Counted from the stretch's first letter, positions 36,841 through 46,452 are shown. The stretch: DNA of 64,000 bases from an uncultured Candidatus Rokubacteria bacterium (GCA_963826115.1 CAWGVS010000005.1:1760001-1824000); one strand, 5' to 3'. Made by a program: numbers and translations. The notes: generated by a model from the letters alone, not told the origin.

Positions 36841-37971
36841 TCAGACGGCGCCGCGCGCCGTCAGATCTCCCAGCACGGCGAGGGCGCGCAGGACGTCCGC
36901 CTCGTCGTTGTATGCGTGGACCGACAGGCGGATTCGCCCGTCGCCCGCCCAGACCAGCACGCCGTTCTCCCGGAGCGCGCGCTCGACCTCCATGCACCGG
37001 TCCGTGGCGAACACGATGTTCCCGGCCCGCTCCTCGGGCGCCTCGGGCGTCAGCACCGAGAGCCCGAGCTTCACCAGCCCGGCCCGCAGCGTCCCGCCCA
37101 GCGCGAGGACGTGGGCCTCGACCGCCCGAGGATCCAGCGCGTCCAGGACACGGAGCGCGCTCTCGAGGACGTAGACCGGCAGGAACGGCGGATTCCCCGC
37201 CTCGAAGCGGGACCCGTCCTCCCGCAGCCGGATCTCGGTGCGGCGCCGCCAGTCGTCCTCACGGTGGGTCGAGTGCCAGCCGACCCAGGGCGCCGCGAGA
37301 CCGGGCCAGCGCCGGCTGTTGACGTAGAACACGCCCACGCCGTGGACCGCCAGCACCCACTTGTAACAGCAGGCGACCACCACGTCGCACAGCGTGCCGT
37401 CGACGGGCACGACGCCGAGCGCGTGAGACGCGTCGACGACGAGCCGCGCCCCGACCCGGTCCGCGAGGCTCCGCAGGCGGCGGAGGTCGTGGCGCGCGCC
37501 CGTGAGATAGCCGACGTGGCTCACGGCGATGGCCCGCGTGCGCGAGTCCACCGCGGCCGAGACCTCGTCGGGAGCCACCACGGCCTCGCGCCCGACCGCC
37601 CGGACCTCGACCCCGCGCGGCCGGAGCCGCTGCCACGCGAGGAGCACCGAGGGGAACTCGCTCTGGCCGACGACGACGTTGTCGCCGGGGCGCCAGTCGA
37701 TGCCCTCGGAGGCCACGTGGAGGCCCTCGGAGGCGCTCCCGAGGAATGCGACGTCCTCGGCCCGGCCGCCCAGCCGGCGCGCCAGGGCCGCCCGCGTACG
37801 GTCGGCGGTCTGGAAGAAGCGCTCGCGTCCGGGCATGCCGTCGCCCTTGTCGAGGAGAAAGCGGGTCGCGGCCTCGAGGTTGGCCCGGAGGACCGGCGCC
37901 TCGCCGCCCGTCGCGAGGTGCGCGACGTGTTCGATGCCGATGAACGCCGTCTTGGGGATCAGGCCGGCCAT
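36841..37971 (-). CDS. Class V PLP-dependent aminotransferase (cysteine desulfurase/kynureninase-like)
   Basis: EFPS, VSHV...TG, VDASH, CCYKW (PLP Lys), RFEAG, R.S.HAYN. Confidence 0.88.
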   Translation of the reverse strand: MAGLIPKTAFIGIEHVAHLATGGEAPVLRANLEAATRFLLDKGDGMPGRERFFQTADRTRAALARRLGGRAEDVAFLGSASEGLHVASEGIDWRPGDNVVVGQSEFPSVLLAWQRLRPRGVEVRAVGREAVVAPDEVSAAVDSRTRAIAVSHVGYLTGARHDLRRLRSLADRVGARLVVDASHALGVVPVDGTLCDVVVACCYKWVLAVHGVGVFYVNSRRWPGLAAPWVGWHSTHREDDWRRRTEIRLREDGSRFEAGNPPFLPVYVLESALRVLDALDPRAVEAHVLALGGTLRAGLVKLGLSVLTPEAPEERAGNIVFATDRCMEVERALRENGVLVWAGDGRIRLSVHAYNDEADVLRALAVLGDLTARGAV

Positions 37972-37978
37972 GGGCGCC

Positions 37979-38857
37979 TCACTCGAAGGGCAAGGGATCG
38001 CCCGCCCGCAGGGCGCGGACGAGCTCGGGCGAGAGCGTTCCCTCGCAGGCCTCGGCGACGGGGCCGCGGAGGCGGATGGACCAGTCCTCGCGGACCTCCA
38101 CGCTGAGCTCCCCGCCGGGGCTCTGGATCGTGATACGACCGGCGGCGAACCCGTTCCGCACCGCCGCGGCGGCGACCGCGCACGACGACGAGCCCGACGC
38201 CAGCGTGTAGCCTGCCCCGCGCTCCCAGATCCGGATCTCGACGCGGTCCCTCGCCAGGACGTGCGCGAACTGGACGTTGATGCGGTTGGGAAACGCGGCG
38301 TGAGTCTCGATGCGAGGCCCGAGCTGGCGGACCTCGTCGTCGTCGAGCTTCTCGGTGAACACGACGCAGTGGGGGTTCCCCACCGACACGCAGGTCACGG
38401 TGAGGAAACGATCGCCCACCTGGAGGGGGACGCCGACGACCTCGCGGTCGGGGCCGTGCATCGGGATCTCCGGCGCGCGGAAGGTGGCGTGCCCCATCTC
38501 GACCGTGACCTGATCCACGCGGTCGTCGACGACGTGGCACACGGCCTCGACGACGCCGCCCTTGGTCTCGATCCTGGTCGGGGACTTCCGGAGCCCGCCG
38601 CGCTCCCAGAGGTACTTCGCGAAGATCCGGAGGCCGTTGCCGGACTTCTCCGCCTCGCTCCCGTCCGGGTTGAAGATGCGCAGGCCGACGTCGGCGACGG
38701 CCGAGCTCGTCCGGAGGAGGATGCCGTCCGAGCCCACACCCCAGTTGCGGTGGCAGATCCAGCGCACCGCCGGGACCCCGAGCGGGAAGTCGAGGTCCCG
38801 CTCGTCCATGACGAGGTAGTCGTTCCCGAGCCCGTGGCCCTTCGTGAAGCGCGCCAT
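37979..38857 (-). CDS. dapF: Diaminopimelate epimerase-family enzyme with Ser in both catalytic positions
   Basis: FTKGHGLGNDY, R..GVGSDG, N.DGSEAEKSGNGLR, VGNPHCV, FP.R.NV, WERGAG.TLASGSS. Confidence 0.88.
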   Translation of the reverse strand: MARFTKGHGLGNDYLVMDERDLDFPLGVPAVRWICHRNWGVGSDGILLRTSSAVADVGLRIFNPDGSEAEKSGNGLRIFAKYLWERGGLRKSPTRIETKGGVVEAVCHVVDDRVDQVTVEMGHATFRAPEIPMHGPDREVVGVPLQVGDRFLTVTCVSVGNPHCVVFTEKLDDDEVRQLGPRIETHAAFPNRINVQFAHVLARDRVEIRIWERGAGYTLASGSSSCAVAAAAVRNGFAAGRITIQSPGGELSVEVREDWSIRLRGPVAEACEGTLSPELVRALRAGDPLPFE

Positions 38858-38901
38858 GCGTCTACGACGGGCGCCCGACCATCCCGGAAGCCGGCCGGCC
38901 G

Positions 38902-40029
38902 TCAGCGCTGCGCGAGGGGGACGTAGGTCGCCTGGCGCGAGCCCAGGTACTCGGCGCGCGGCCGGATCAGCCGGTTGTGGGCCTGCTGCTCCAGGATGTG
39001 CGCGGTCCACCCCGACACGCGGGACACCACGAAGAGCGGCGTGTAGAGACCCGGGTCGATGCCCATCGAGTAGTACGTGGACGCGGAATAGAAGTCGACG
39101 TTGGCGTGGAGCCCCTTCTCCGCGTTGACCACCCGCTCGATGATGCGCGACATCTCGAACCACTTGAGCTCCCCGGCTTCCCGTCCGAGCGCCTCGGAGA
39201 GGCGTCGGAGGTGCGTCGCTCGCGGGTCCTCCGTGTTGTAAACCCGGTGGCCGAAGCCCATGATCCGCTTCTTCTGGGCGAGCGCGTTCTTGATCCACGT
39301 CTCCGCGCGATCGACGTCCCCGATCTCGAGGAGCATCTTCATGACGCCGACGTTCGCGCCGCCGTGAAGCGGGCCCTTGAGCGTCCCGATGCCCGAGACG
39401 ACGCCCGAGTACATGTCGGAGAGCGTGGCCACCGTCACCCGCGCGGCGAACGTCGAGGCGTTCAGCTCGTGATCCGCGTGGAGGATCAGCGCGGTGTCCA
39501 TCGCCTTCTCGGCGAGAGCGCTCGGCTTCTTGCCGGAGAGCATGTAGAGGAGGTTCCCACCGAGCGACAGACGCGCGTTGGGCGGGATCGGGGCCTTGCC
39601 CTTCCGGATGCGGCTCCAGGCCGCGACCAGCGTCGGCACCTGCGCCTGGATGCGGACGGCCTTCCGGAGATTCGCCTCGCGGGAGTCGTCGCCGGCGTCC
39701 GGATCGTAGATCCCGAGGGCCGAGACCGCCGTCCGGAGGACGTCCATCGAGTCCGACTTCCGCGGCAGGCTCCGGACGAGCGTCAGGACCTTCGGGGGGA
39801 GGCGCCGATGGGACGACAGCGCCTTCCGGAGGCTCTCGAGCTCGGCCCGCTTCGGGAGGGCGCCGTTCCAGAGGAGCGCCGCCGTCTCCTCGAACGAGGA
39901 GTGCTGGACGAGATCGTGGATGTCGTAGCCGCGGTAGAGGAGCCGCCCTCGATCCCCGTCGATGAAGCAGATCTCGGAGGTCGACACCACCACATCTTCG
40001 AGGCCGCTGTTGGTCGTCGGAGTCGTCAT
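38902..40029 (-). CDS. Citrate synthase (type I / 2-methylcitrate synthase-like)
   Basis: GLEDV, LLYRGY, HADHELNASTF, GPLHGGAN, GFGHRVY..DPR, NVDFY. Confidence 0.95.
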   Translation of the reverse strand: MTTPTTNSGLEDVVVSTSEICFIDGDRGRLLYRGYDIHDLVQHSSFEETAALLWNGALPKRAELESLRKALSSHRRLPPKVLTLVRSLPRKSDSMDVLRTAVSALGIYDPDAGDDSREANLRKAVRIQAQVPTLVAAWSRIRKGKAPIPPNARLSLGGNLLYMLSGKKPSALAEKAMDTALILHADHELNASTFAARVTVATLSDMYSGVVSGIGTLKGPLHGGANVGVMKMLLEIGDVDRAETWIKNALAQKKRIMGFGHRVYNTEDPRATHLRRLSEALGREAGELKWFEMSRIIERVVNAEKGLHANVDFYSASTYYSMGIDPGLYTPLFVVSRVSGWTAHILEQQAHNRLIRPRAEYLGSRQATYVPLAQR

Positions 40030-40206
40030 GGGCCGCCCCCGTTGGCGCCTACGGAATTGGCCGAAACACGTGCGGCCCCGCTCGGGGGGCCGCTCACGCA
40101 CCGATCATTCTGGCACACCGTCCGGGAGGCCGCAACCGGACCGGCACGATCTCGAGCTCGCGGCGAAGTCGCCGCGAGGCGGCGGGCGGGCCGGTTCGCG
40201 ACGGCG

Positions 40207-40647
40207 CTAGCGGGCCGCCCCGGCGACGTTCATCAGCACGGAGACCGTGTCGTCCGCCCGGTTGGCGACGACGAGGTCCAGGCGGCCGTCCAGGTCGAGG
40301 TCCACGATGGCCACGTCGGAAGGCGTGTTCCCGACCGGATAGGCCACCGGCGCGCCGGGGAATCCCCCGGCCCCGTCGCCGCGGTAGACCAGCACAACCT
40401 CCGGGTCGACCCGGGTCGCCGCGCGCTGGACCACGACGAGATCCAGGATCCCGTCGCCGTTGAAGTCGCCGGTGGCCACCGCCTGGACGTTGAGACCGGC
40501 CAGCGGGACCGTGGACGACGAGAACGTCACCTGGGCGAAGGCCGGCTGCGCGGACAACCCGACAAGCGCCAGGCCGAGTGCCAACGTGGAGGAGACCGAT
40601 CGACTCACGCTCGACACACTCGGAGACGCGCCTCGGACCCGACCCAT
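40207..40647 (-). CDS. Small secreted FG-GAP/VCBS-repeat protein
   Basis: Signal peptide ending AFA-Q; GDFNGDGILDLVV and DLDLDGRLDLVVAN repeats. Confidence 0.8.
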   Translation of the reverse strand: MGRVRGASPSVSSVSRSVSSTLALGLALVGLSAQPAFAQVTFSSSTVPLAGLNVQAVATGDFNGDGILDLVVVQRAATRVDPEVVLVYRGDGAGGFPGAPVAYPVGNTPSDVAIVDLDLDGRLDLVVANRADDTVSVLMNVAGAAR

Positions 40648-40764
40648 GTCACCCTCCCGTAACGGAGATTGCTGGCCAGGAAACGCGGCAATCACCCTAT
40701 CGGCTGAGGCGCGAGGCTACCACCCTCCGGGTCGGAGGTGCAATCGGGCGGGACGCGGGAACGG

Positions 40765-41337
40765 TCAGTGCGGGCGCGCCTGGGGCACGCCGTGCTTCCG
40801 CATCTTGGCGTAGAGCGTGGGCCGGTGGAGGCCGAGCAGCCGGGCCGCGGCCTGCTTGTTCCAGCGCGTGGCCTCGAGGGCGGCGAGGATCGCCTGCCGC
40901 TCGCGCGCCTCGAGGTTCAGGGTCTCGGGCGCGGCCGCCTGGGCGGCCCGGAGCTCGCGCCGGAGACGCCGCCGGTCGAGCGCGTTGGCGATCACCGTGA
41001 CGAGGCGCTCCGGAGCGAGGTCGCCGGGCGCCTCGAGATAGTCCCACGCGCCGGCCGCGCGGGCCTGGAACCCCTGGGCGCGCGCGCCGGCATCGGTCAC
41101 CGCCACGACGGGCAGGTCCGGCCAGCGGCCGGAGATGTCCGCGATGAGCGCGCCGGCGCCGTCTCCGTGGCCGAGGCTCACCAGCACCGCCTCGACATCT
41201 CCCCCGCCGATCGCTTCCAGCGCGTGCGCGGACGAGCCCGCGACCCGGAGCTCGTACGGCTGCCCCGCGAGGGACCGACGGATGACCTCGACCAGGGACT
41301 GGTCCGGGTCCACGAGCAGGACGCCTACCTGCGCCAT
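40765..41337 (-). CDS. Atypical response regulator: pseudo-receiver + Fis-type HTH
   Basis: REC fold (GAWDYL), C-terminal ALEATRWNKQAAARLLGL.RPTLY.K; no AAA+ domain. Confidence 0.8.
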   Translation of the reverse strand: MAQVGVLLVDPDQSLVEVIRRSLAGQPYELRVAGSSAHALEAIGGGDVEAVLVSLGHGDGAGALIADISGRWPDLPVVAVTDAGARAQGFQARAAGAWDYLEAPGDLAPERLVTVIANALDRRRLRRELRAAQAAAPETLNLEARERQAILAALEATRWNKQAAARLLGLHRPTLYAKMRKHGVPQARPH

Positions 41338-41418
41338 GGCCTACTTGAAAGCGTAACACGGCGCGACGCTCGGCCGACGGGCTCGCACGGGATGCTCCCG
41401 CGGCCCCGCCCCGAACCG

Positions 41419-42894
41419 CTACCGCAGGTTCTTCTTGAGGATCTTGCCGGTCGGGCTCTTGGGGAGGGCGGCCAGGAACTCCACCACGACCGGCACCTTG
41501 TAGGAGGCGAGCCGCCCCCGGCACCGGTCGACGAGATCCTCGGCCGTGGCCGAGTGCCCCGGCCGGAGGACCACGCAGGCCCGCACGACCTCGCCCTTGA
41601 TCGGGTCGGGCCGGCCCAGCACCGCGACCTCGGCCACCGCCGGGTGCTCGAAGAGCACCTCCTCGACCTCCCGCGGGAACACCTTGAACCCCGCGACGTT
41701 GACCATGTCCTTCACGCGGTCGACGACGTAGAAGTAGCCGTCCTCGTCGCGCCGGCCGATGTCGCCGGAGTGGAGCCACCCCCCGCGCAGGGTCCACGCG
41801 GTGTCATCCGGCTTCCCCAGGTACCCCCGCATCACGTTGGGCCCACGGATCACGATCTCGCCGAGCGTGCCGTCGGGTACCTCGCGGTCCTGCTCGTCCA
41901 CCACCCGCACCTCCACGTTCTCGATCGGCGTGCCCACCGACCCGGGCCGGGGGCTGTGCTCGTGGTTGTACGTGGCGAACGGCGAGCTCTCCGTCAGTCC
42001 GTATCCCTGGGACACCGGCAGCCCGGTCGCCGCGGTCCAGCGCGCCTCGACCTCGGCCGGCAGCATGGCCGCGGCCGAGAACGAGAGCCGGAGCGACGAG
42101 AGGTCGTGGGCGGCGAGGTCGCCGGACAGGAGGACGATGTACATGGTCGGCACGGCATAGAGGATCGTGATGCGATGCCGCGCGATCGCAGCCAGGAACT
42201 CCGCCGGAACAAACCGCTCCTGCAGGATCAGGGTCCCGCCCGCGGCCACGAGCGTGTTCATGATGAAGTTCTGCCCGAAGCAGTGGAACAGCGGCAGCGC
42301 GCACAGCCCCGAGTCGCCCGGGACCATGCGGAGGTGATGGGCCGTCGCGTTGACGTTCGACACGACGTTCGCGTGCGTCAGCATGACGCCCTTGGGCCGT
42401 CCGGTGGTGGCCGAGGTGTAGAGGATGGCCGCGAGGCCCTCGCGGTCGCCGTCGACGGCCCGCGTCGGCGGATCGGCGGCGAGGGCCTCGAAGCCGATCG
42501 CGCCCGGCCCCCCCGTGCCCACGCGTACGCGGACGGTCGGCGTCGTCCCGGCCTCCGGAAGCTGGGCGGCGAACGGCGGCGCGCTCAGGATCGCCGCCGC
42601 CTCGCTGTCCTCGATGATGTAGCGGAGCTCCTCGCGCGCGTAGGTGACGTTCAGGGCGACCGGCGTGACCCCGAGCTTCTGGCATCCGTAGTAGGCGAGG
42701 ACGAACTCCGGGCGGTTCGCGAGATGGAGACACACCCGCTCGCCCGGCCGGAGCCCGGCGCGGGCGAGGCCGGCCGCCACCCGGCCGGCCTCGCGATCGA
42801 GCTCTCCGTAGGAGAGGACGCGCTCCCCGAAGACGACCGCCGGCAGCGCGGGAGCTCGGCGGGCGGTCGCCTCCAGGAAGTGCGCGACGTTCAT
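41419..42894 (-). CDS. Long-chain fatty acid--CoA ligase (AMP-binding)
   Basis: YTSATTGRPKG, QGYGLTES, SGD.G, DRVKD, LPKSPTGKI. Confidence 0.93.
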   Translation of the reverse strand: MNVAHFLEATARRAPALPAVVFGERVLSYGELDREAGRVAAGLARAGLRPGERVCLHLANRPEFVLAYYGCQKLGVTPVALNVTYAREELRYIIEDSEAAAILSAPPFAAQLPEAGTTPTVRVRVGTGGPGAIGFEALAADPPTRAVDGDREGLAAILYTSATTGRPKGVMLTHANVVSNVNATAHHLRMVPGDSGLCALPLFHCFGQNFIMNTLVAAGGTLILQERFVPAEFLAAIARHRITILYAVPTMYIVLLSGDLAAHDLSSLRLSFSAAAMLPAEVEARWTAATGLPVSQGYGLTESSPFATYNHEHSPRPGSVGTPIENVEVRVVDEQDREVPDGTLGEIVIRGPNVMRGYLGKPDDTAWTLRGGWLHSGDIGRRDEDGYFYVVDRVKDMVNVAGFKVFPREVEEVLFEHPAVAEVAVLGRPDPIKGEVVRACVVLRPGHSATAEDLVDRCRGRLASYKVPVVVEFLAALPKSPTGKILKKNLR

Positions 42895-43391
42895 CCGAGG
42901 AGGGCGCGGATCTCGGCGGCCGCCGAGCGCTGCCACTCGGCCGAGTGCTCGGCGCGCAGCGCGCGGCGGAGCTCCAGCTGCTTCTGGTCCATGAACTCCG
43001 TGATCTTGGGCGGGCGCTCCGTGAAGCGGGCGAGCTCGCGCATGCTCTCGTCGAAGAACACGAAGACCGGAATCGACTTGTAGATCCCCCGGTTCAGGTA
43101 CTGGTCCATGAGGTCCGGGTTCTGGTCGCGGAGGAAGACCCGCATCTCGACGTTCGGCGCCCCCTCCACCATGCGGGCGAGCACCGGGAAGTTCGTCAGC
43201 GCGTCCCCGCACCAGTCCTCGGTGATGACGAGGACGTGGAGCTTCTCGTGCCGGCCGACGAACACCGCCCGATCCTCGGGCGTGACGCGCACTCCCGCCA
43301 GCGTCTCCGTGAACTTGTCCTTGTTGGTCGTCATCTGGTCGAGATACTGCTGAAACGTCATGCCCTGGGCGAAGCGCTGCTTGGTGACCAT
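42891..43391 (-). CDS. Thioredoxin-fold protein (single-Cys WCGD type)
   Basis: ITEDWCGDA, RD.N.DLMD.YL, SIP; RBS AAGGAG. Confidence 0.85.
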   Translation of the reverse strand: MVTKQRFAQGMTFQQYLDQMTTNKDKFTETLAGVRVTPEDRAVFVGRHEKLHVLVITEDWCGDALTNFPVLARMVEGAPNVEMRVFLRDQNPDLMDQYLNRGIYKSIPVFVFFDESMRELARFTERPPKITEFMDQKQLELRRALRAEHSAEWQRSAAAEIRALLG

Positions 43392-43407
43392 GCGAGCGGG
43401 TCTCCTT

Positions 43408-43453
43408 CCATCATTGGCCATCATTGGCCATCATCACATGGCCATCATTGGCC
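43408..43453. repeat. Short tandem repeat of the quasi-palindromic unit CCATCATTGG (4 units, one variant)
   Basis: CCATCATTGG CCATCATTGG CCATCATCACATGG CCATCATTGG CC read directly from the sequence. Confidence 0.85.
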
Positions 43454-43497
43454 TTGGATTGCCCCGCGAGCGGGTCCGAGCGTCGCGGGGGGCGGTG

Positions 43498-44127
43498 TCA
43501 GCGGAACTTGCCGAAGTCCAGCTTGGCGCGCAGGACCTCCTTCTGCTCGGGCGGCGCGTCGCGCACGACCAGCGTCACGACGCCCGTCGCCGGGAGCCCC
43601 TCGAGCGGGAACACGTAGACGTTGCGCGCCGCGAGCCGGCCGTCCTCCTCGCGGATCGGCGTGCGCTCGTTCTGCACGAACGCCGCCTTGATCTCGTTGC
43701 CGTTCACGAGGAGGACGGGCTGGTAGAAGCGCGCGAAGCTCCGGGACGGCCCGCCCCGCATGGTGACCAGGAGCTGGATCCGTCCCTTGCCGCGGTCGAT
43801 CTGGTCCTTCCGCTGCTTCTCGGTCATCGACTCGCTCTTCATGGCGGTCTGCCGGGACGCCAGCGCGAGCCGCGAGAACGGCGTGCTGATGACGATGTCC
43901 TCGCCGCCGGGGAGCCGGAGCTGCCACTCCTCCGCGAAGTCTTCCTGCGTGATCGCCGCGATGCCCGCGTCGACCGCCTCCTTGATCCCGCTCTCGTTCA
44001 GGTCACCCATCAGCGCGGGCGCCGAGGCCGGCGCGCCGTGGAGCCACAGAAGCGCGAGAGCGAGCGCGGCCGGCAGCGGGCGACGCCGGCGCCCCGCCTC
44101 CCCGCGATCGGGCCGCACGCGCGTCAC
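43498..44127 (-). CDS. Exported hypothetical protein
   Basis: GTGA coupling to the corA stop, signal-peptide-like segment, GC3-rich codons. Confidence 0.7.
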   Translation of the reverse strand: MTRVRPDRGEAGRRRRPLPAALALALLWLHGAPASAPALMGDLNESGIKEAVDAGIAAITQEDFAEEWQLRLPGGEDIVISTPFSRLALASRQTAMKSESMTEKQRKDQIDRGKGRIQLLVTMRGGPSRSFARFYQPVLLVNGNEIKAAFVQNERTPIREEDGRLAARNVYVFPLEGLPATGVVTLVVRDAPPEQKEVLRAKLDFGKFR

Positions 44128-45092
44128 AGCCAGTCGGATCGCTTGAAGAACATGAAGGCTCCCGCCGAGAGCGCGACCATCAGGATCGTGGCCGCGCCGA
44201 TGCCCCACGGTTGTTTGAGCCACGGCATCACCTCGAAGTTCATGCCGAAGTACCCGGAGACGACGGTGAAAGGCAGACCGATCATGGCCAGGGCGGTCAG
44301 CCGCTTCATGACGGCGCTCATGCGGTTCGAGGCCTGGGACAGGTAGCTCTCCAGCAGGCCGCCCACGATGTCGCGGTTGGTCTCGAGCTCGTCGAGGAGG
44401 CGGAGCACGTGGTCGTAGGCGTCGCGGAAGAACGGGCGGAGATCCTCGTCCACGTAGGGGACGCCGGCCATGAGGTTCGCCACCACCTCCCGGAGGGGCG
44501 CCAGGCTCCGGCGGAGCGCCACCAGCTCCTTCCGCGTCGCGAAGATGCGCTCGAGCAGATCGTCGCCCGGGCGCCGGAAGACCTCGTCCTCCAGGCTCTC
44601 GATGCGGTCCTCGACCGCGTCCATGATCGGGAAGTAGGAGTCGATCACGTGGTCGAGCAGGTGGTGGAGCAGGCGGTCCGGGCCGGACTTCAGGAGCTCC
44701 GGGTGCTTCCGTAGCCGCTCGATGGCCGTCCCCACACCGCCCATCGGCCGGGAGTGCACCGTGACGATGAGGTGGCGGTTCAGGAAAATGGAGAGCGGGA
44801 TGAGGTCGAGCGCGGTGGCCCCGGGGTTGTGGTTGATCCCCCGCGTGACGACGAAGAGGAAGTTGTCGTACTCCTCGATCTTGGGTCGGGTCTCCTGGTT
44901 CTGCGCGTCCTCGATCGCGAGCGGGTGAATGCCGAACAGCCCCTCCAGCGCGCAGATCTCTTCGGTCGACGGCGCCTCGAGGTCCAGCCAGCCCACCGTG
45001 CCCGGGTCACCGAGCGCCTCGGCGACCTGCTGGGCGTCGAGCCCTTCCTCCAGGACTCCGGATTCGCGACGGACGACCCCGAAGTACCCCAT
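44124..45092 (-). CDS. corA: Magnesium/cobalt transporter CorA
   Basis: IHPLAIED, RPKIEEY, RD.YDH, GYFGMNF..MP signature. Confidence 0.93.
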   Translation of the reverse strand: MGYFGVVRRESGVLEEGLDAQQVAEALGDPGTVGWLDLEAPSTEEICALEGLFGIHPLAIEDAQNQETRPKIEEYDNFLFVVTRGINHNPGATALDLIPLSIFLNRHLIVTVHSRPMGGVGTAIERLRKHPELLKSGPDRLLHHLLDHVIDSYFPIMDAVEDRIESLEDEVFRRPGDDLLERIFATRKELVALRRSLAPLREVVANLMAGVPYVDEDLRPFFRDAYDHVLRLLDELETNRDIVGGLLESYLSQASNRMSAVMKRLTALAMIGLPFTVVSGYFGMNFEVMPWLKQPWGIGAATILMVALSAGAFMFFKRSDWL

Positions 45093-45093
45093 C

Positions 45094-46452
45094 TCACGGC
45101 GTCCCGATGCCGATGAGGGGCAGGTCCCCGACCAGGGCGAGGCTCATCCCGTCCGGATCCCAGTGGGAGCGCACGGCGCGCAGCACGTCGTCGGCGGTGA
45201 CCGCGGTGACCGCCTGGCGAAACCGCTCCGGGTAGTCGAGCCCGAGGTCGAACCGCTCGATCGCGACGAGGAGGTCCGACACGTCGGCGGCGGTGTCCAT
45301 CCGCAGCGGAAAGCTCCCGACGAGGTACGACTGCGCGCGCGCCAGCTCCTCGGCCGAGACCCGCTCGCGGCGGAGGCGCACCAGCTCCTCCCGGAGGATC
45401 GCCAGCGCCTCGCGGACCCGCGCGTTCTCGCTCTGCAGCTCGACCAGGAAGAGGCCGGCGAGCGGGCCCGGCGCGAACTGGGCGTACACGTTGTACGCGA
45501 GACCGCGCTCCTCCCGCACCCGCGCGTACAGCCGCGACGTGGAGCCGCCACCGAGGATCTGGCTCGCCACGACGAGCGGGTAGAAGTCGGGGTGCTTCCG
45601 CGTCACCGTGGCCTGACCGAGGAAGATCGTCGCCTGCGCGAGGGTCCGCTGCACGGTCTCGGTGCGTGACGACCGGCCGAGCGCCGCGGGCCCGGGCGCG
45701 GGAGGCGGGGCCCCGGACACCCGCCAGGCGCCGAGGCGGGCCTCGAGCTCCGCCCGGACCGCCGCGGCGCCGACGTCGCCGGCGACGGCGATGACCGTCC
45801 GCTCGGGACGGTACGCCACGCGGTGGAACGCCACCACGTCGTCCCGCGTGATCGCGCGCAGCGTGGCCTCGGTTCCCGGGACCGGCCGGCCGTAGGGGTG
45901 CTCGCCAAAGACCAGCCGGCGCAGGACGCGGGCCCCCACGGCCTCCGGGTCCTCCTCCGCCTGGCGCGCCGAGGCGAGCGCCTCGTCGCGCGCCCGCTCG
46001 AACTCGGCCTCCGGAAACGCGGGACGCAGGAGGGCGTCGGCCAGGAGGTCGAGGCCGAGACCCAGGTCCTTCCGCAGCACGGAAAGGACTAGCTCGCTCG
46101 AGTCCCGCCCTCCCTCCCCTTCCAGGCTGCCGCCCACGAGCTCGATCGCGCGATCGGCGTCGAGCGCCGAGCGGGTCGCGGTGCCCCGGGTCAGGAGCTG
46201 CGCGGTCAGGCTGGCGACGCCGGACTTGTCGGCGGGATCGAGCGCCGCGCCTGCCTCCACGGATGCCCGGACGACGGCGATCGGGAGGCCGGGCCGCTCG
46301 GCGACGAGGACCGCGACGCCGTTCGGCAGCGTGAAGCGGGTCCACGGCGCGGGCACGGCGGCCGGCGGCGGCAGCGTCTGCGGGCCGGCCGGCGCAGCCG
46401 CCGCCACCACCGCGGCGGTCAGGAGAACGCCTCCCACGGCGGCCCGGCGCAT
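45094..46452 (-). CDS. M16B peptidase, non-catalytic subunit
   Basis: LPNG, G...D...G.A.LT (HxxEH absent), HPYG, SRLY..VREERGLAY; signal peptide. Confidence 0.88.
   Translation of the reverse strand: MRRAAVGGVLLTAAVVAAAAPAGPQTLPPPAAVPAPWTRFTLPNGVAVLVAERPGLPIAVVRASVEAGAALDPADKSGVASLTAQLLTRGTATRSALDADRAIELVGGSLEGEGGRDSSELVLSVLRKDLGLGLDLLADALLRPAFPEAEFERARDEALASARQAEEDPEAVGARVLRRLVFGEHPYGRPVPGTEATLRAITRDDVVAFHRVAYRPERTVIAVAGDVGAAAVRAELEARLGAWRVSGAPPPAPGPAALGRSSRTETVQRTLAQATIFLGQATVTRKHPDFYPLVVASQILGGGSTSRLYARVREERGLAYNVYAQFAPGPLAGLFLVELQSENARVREALAILREELVRLRRERVSAEELARAQSYLVGSFPLRMDTAADVSDLLVAIERFDLGLDYPERFRQAVTAVTADDVLRAVRSHWDPDGMSLALVGDLPLIGIGTP

Noticed and set aside
35725-43083. Long plus-strand ORFs (793, 561, 781 aa)
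   Set aside because: Antisense to well-supported minus-strand genes; the Arg/Gly/Pro/His-rich composition is typical of shadow frames.
43408-43453. Possible mini-CRISPR
   Set aside because: Units are 10 bp with no unique spacers and there are no cas genes.
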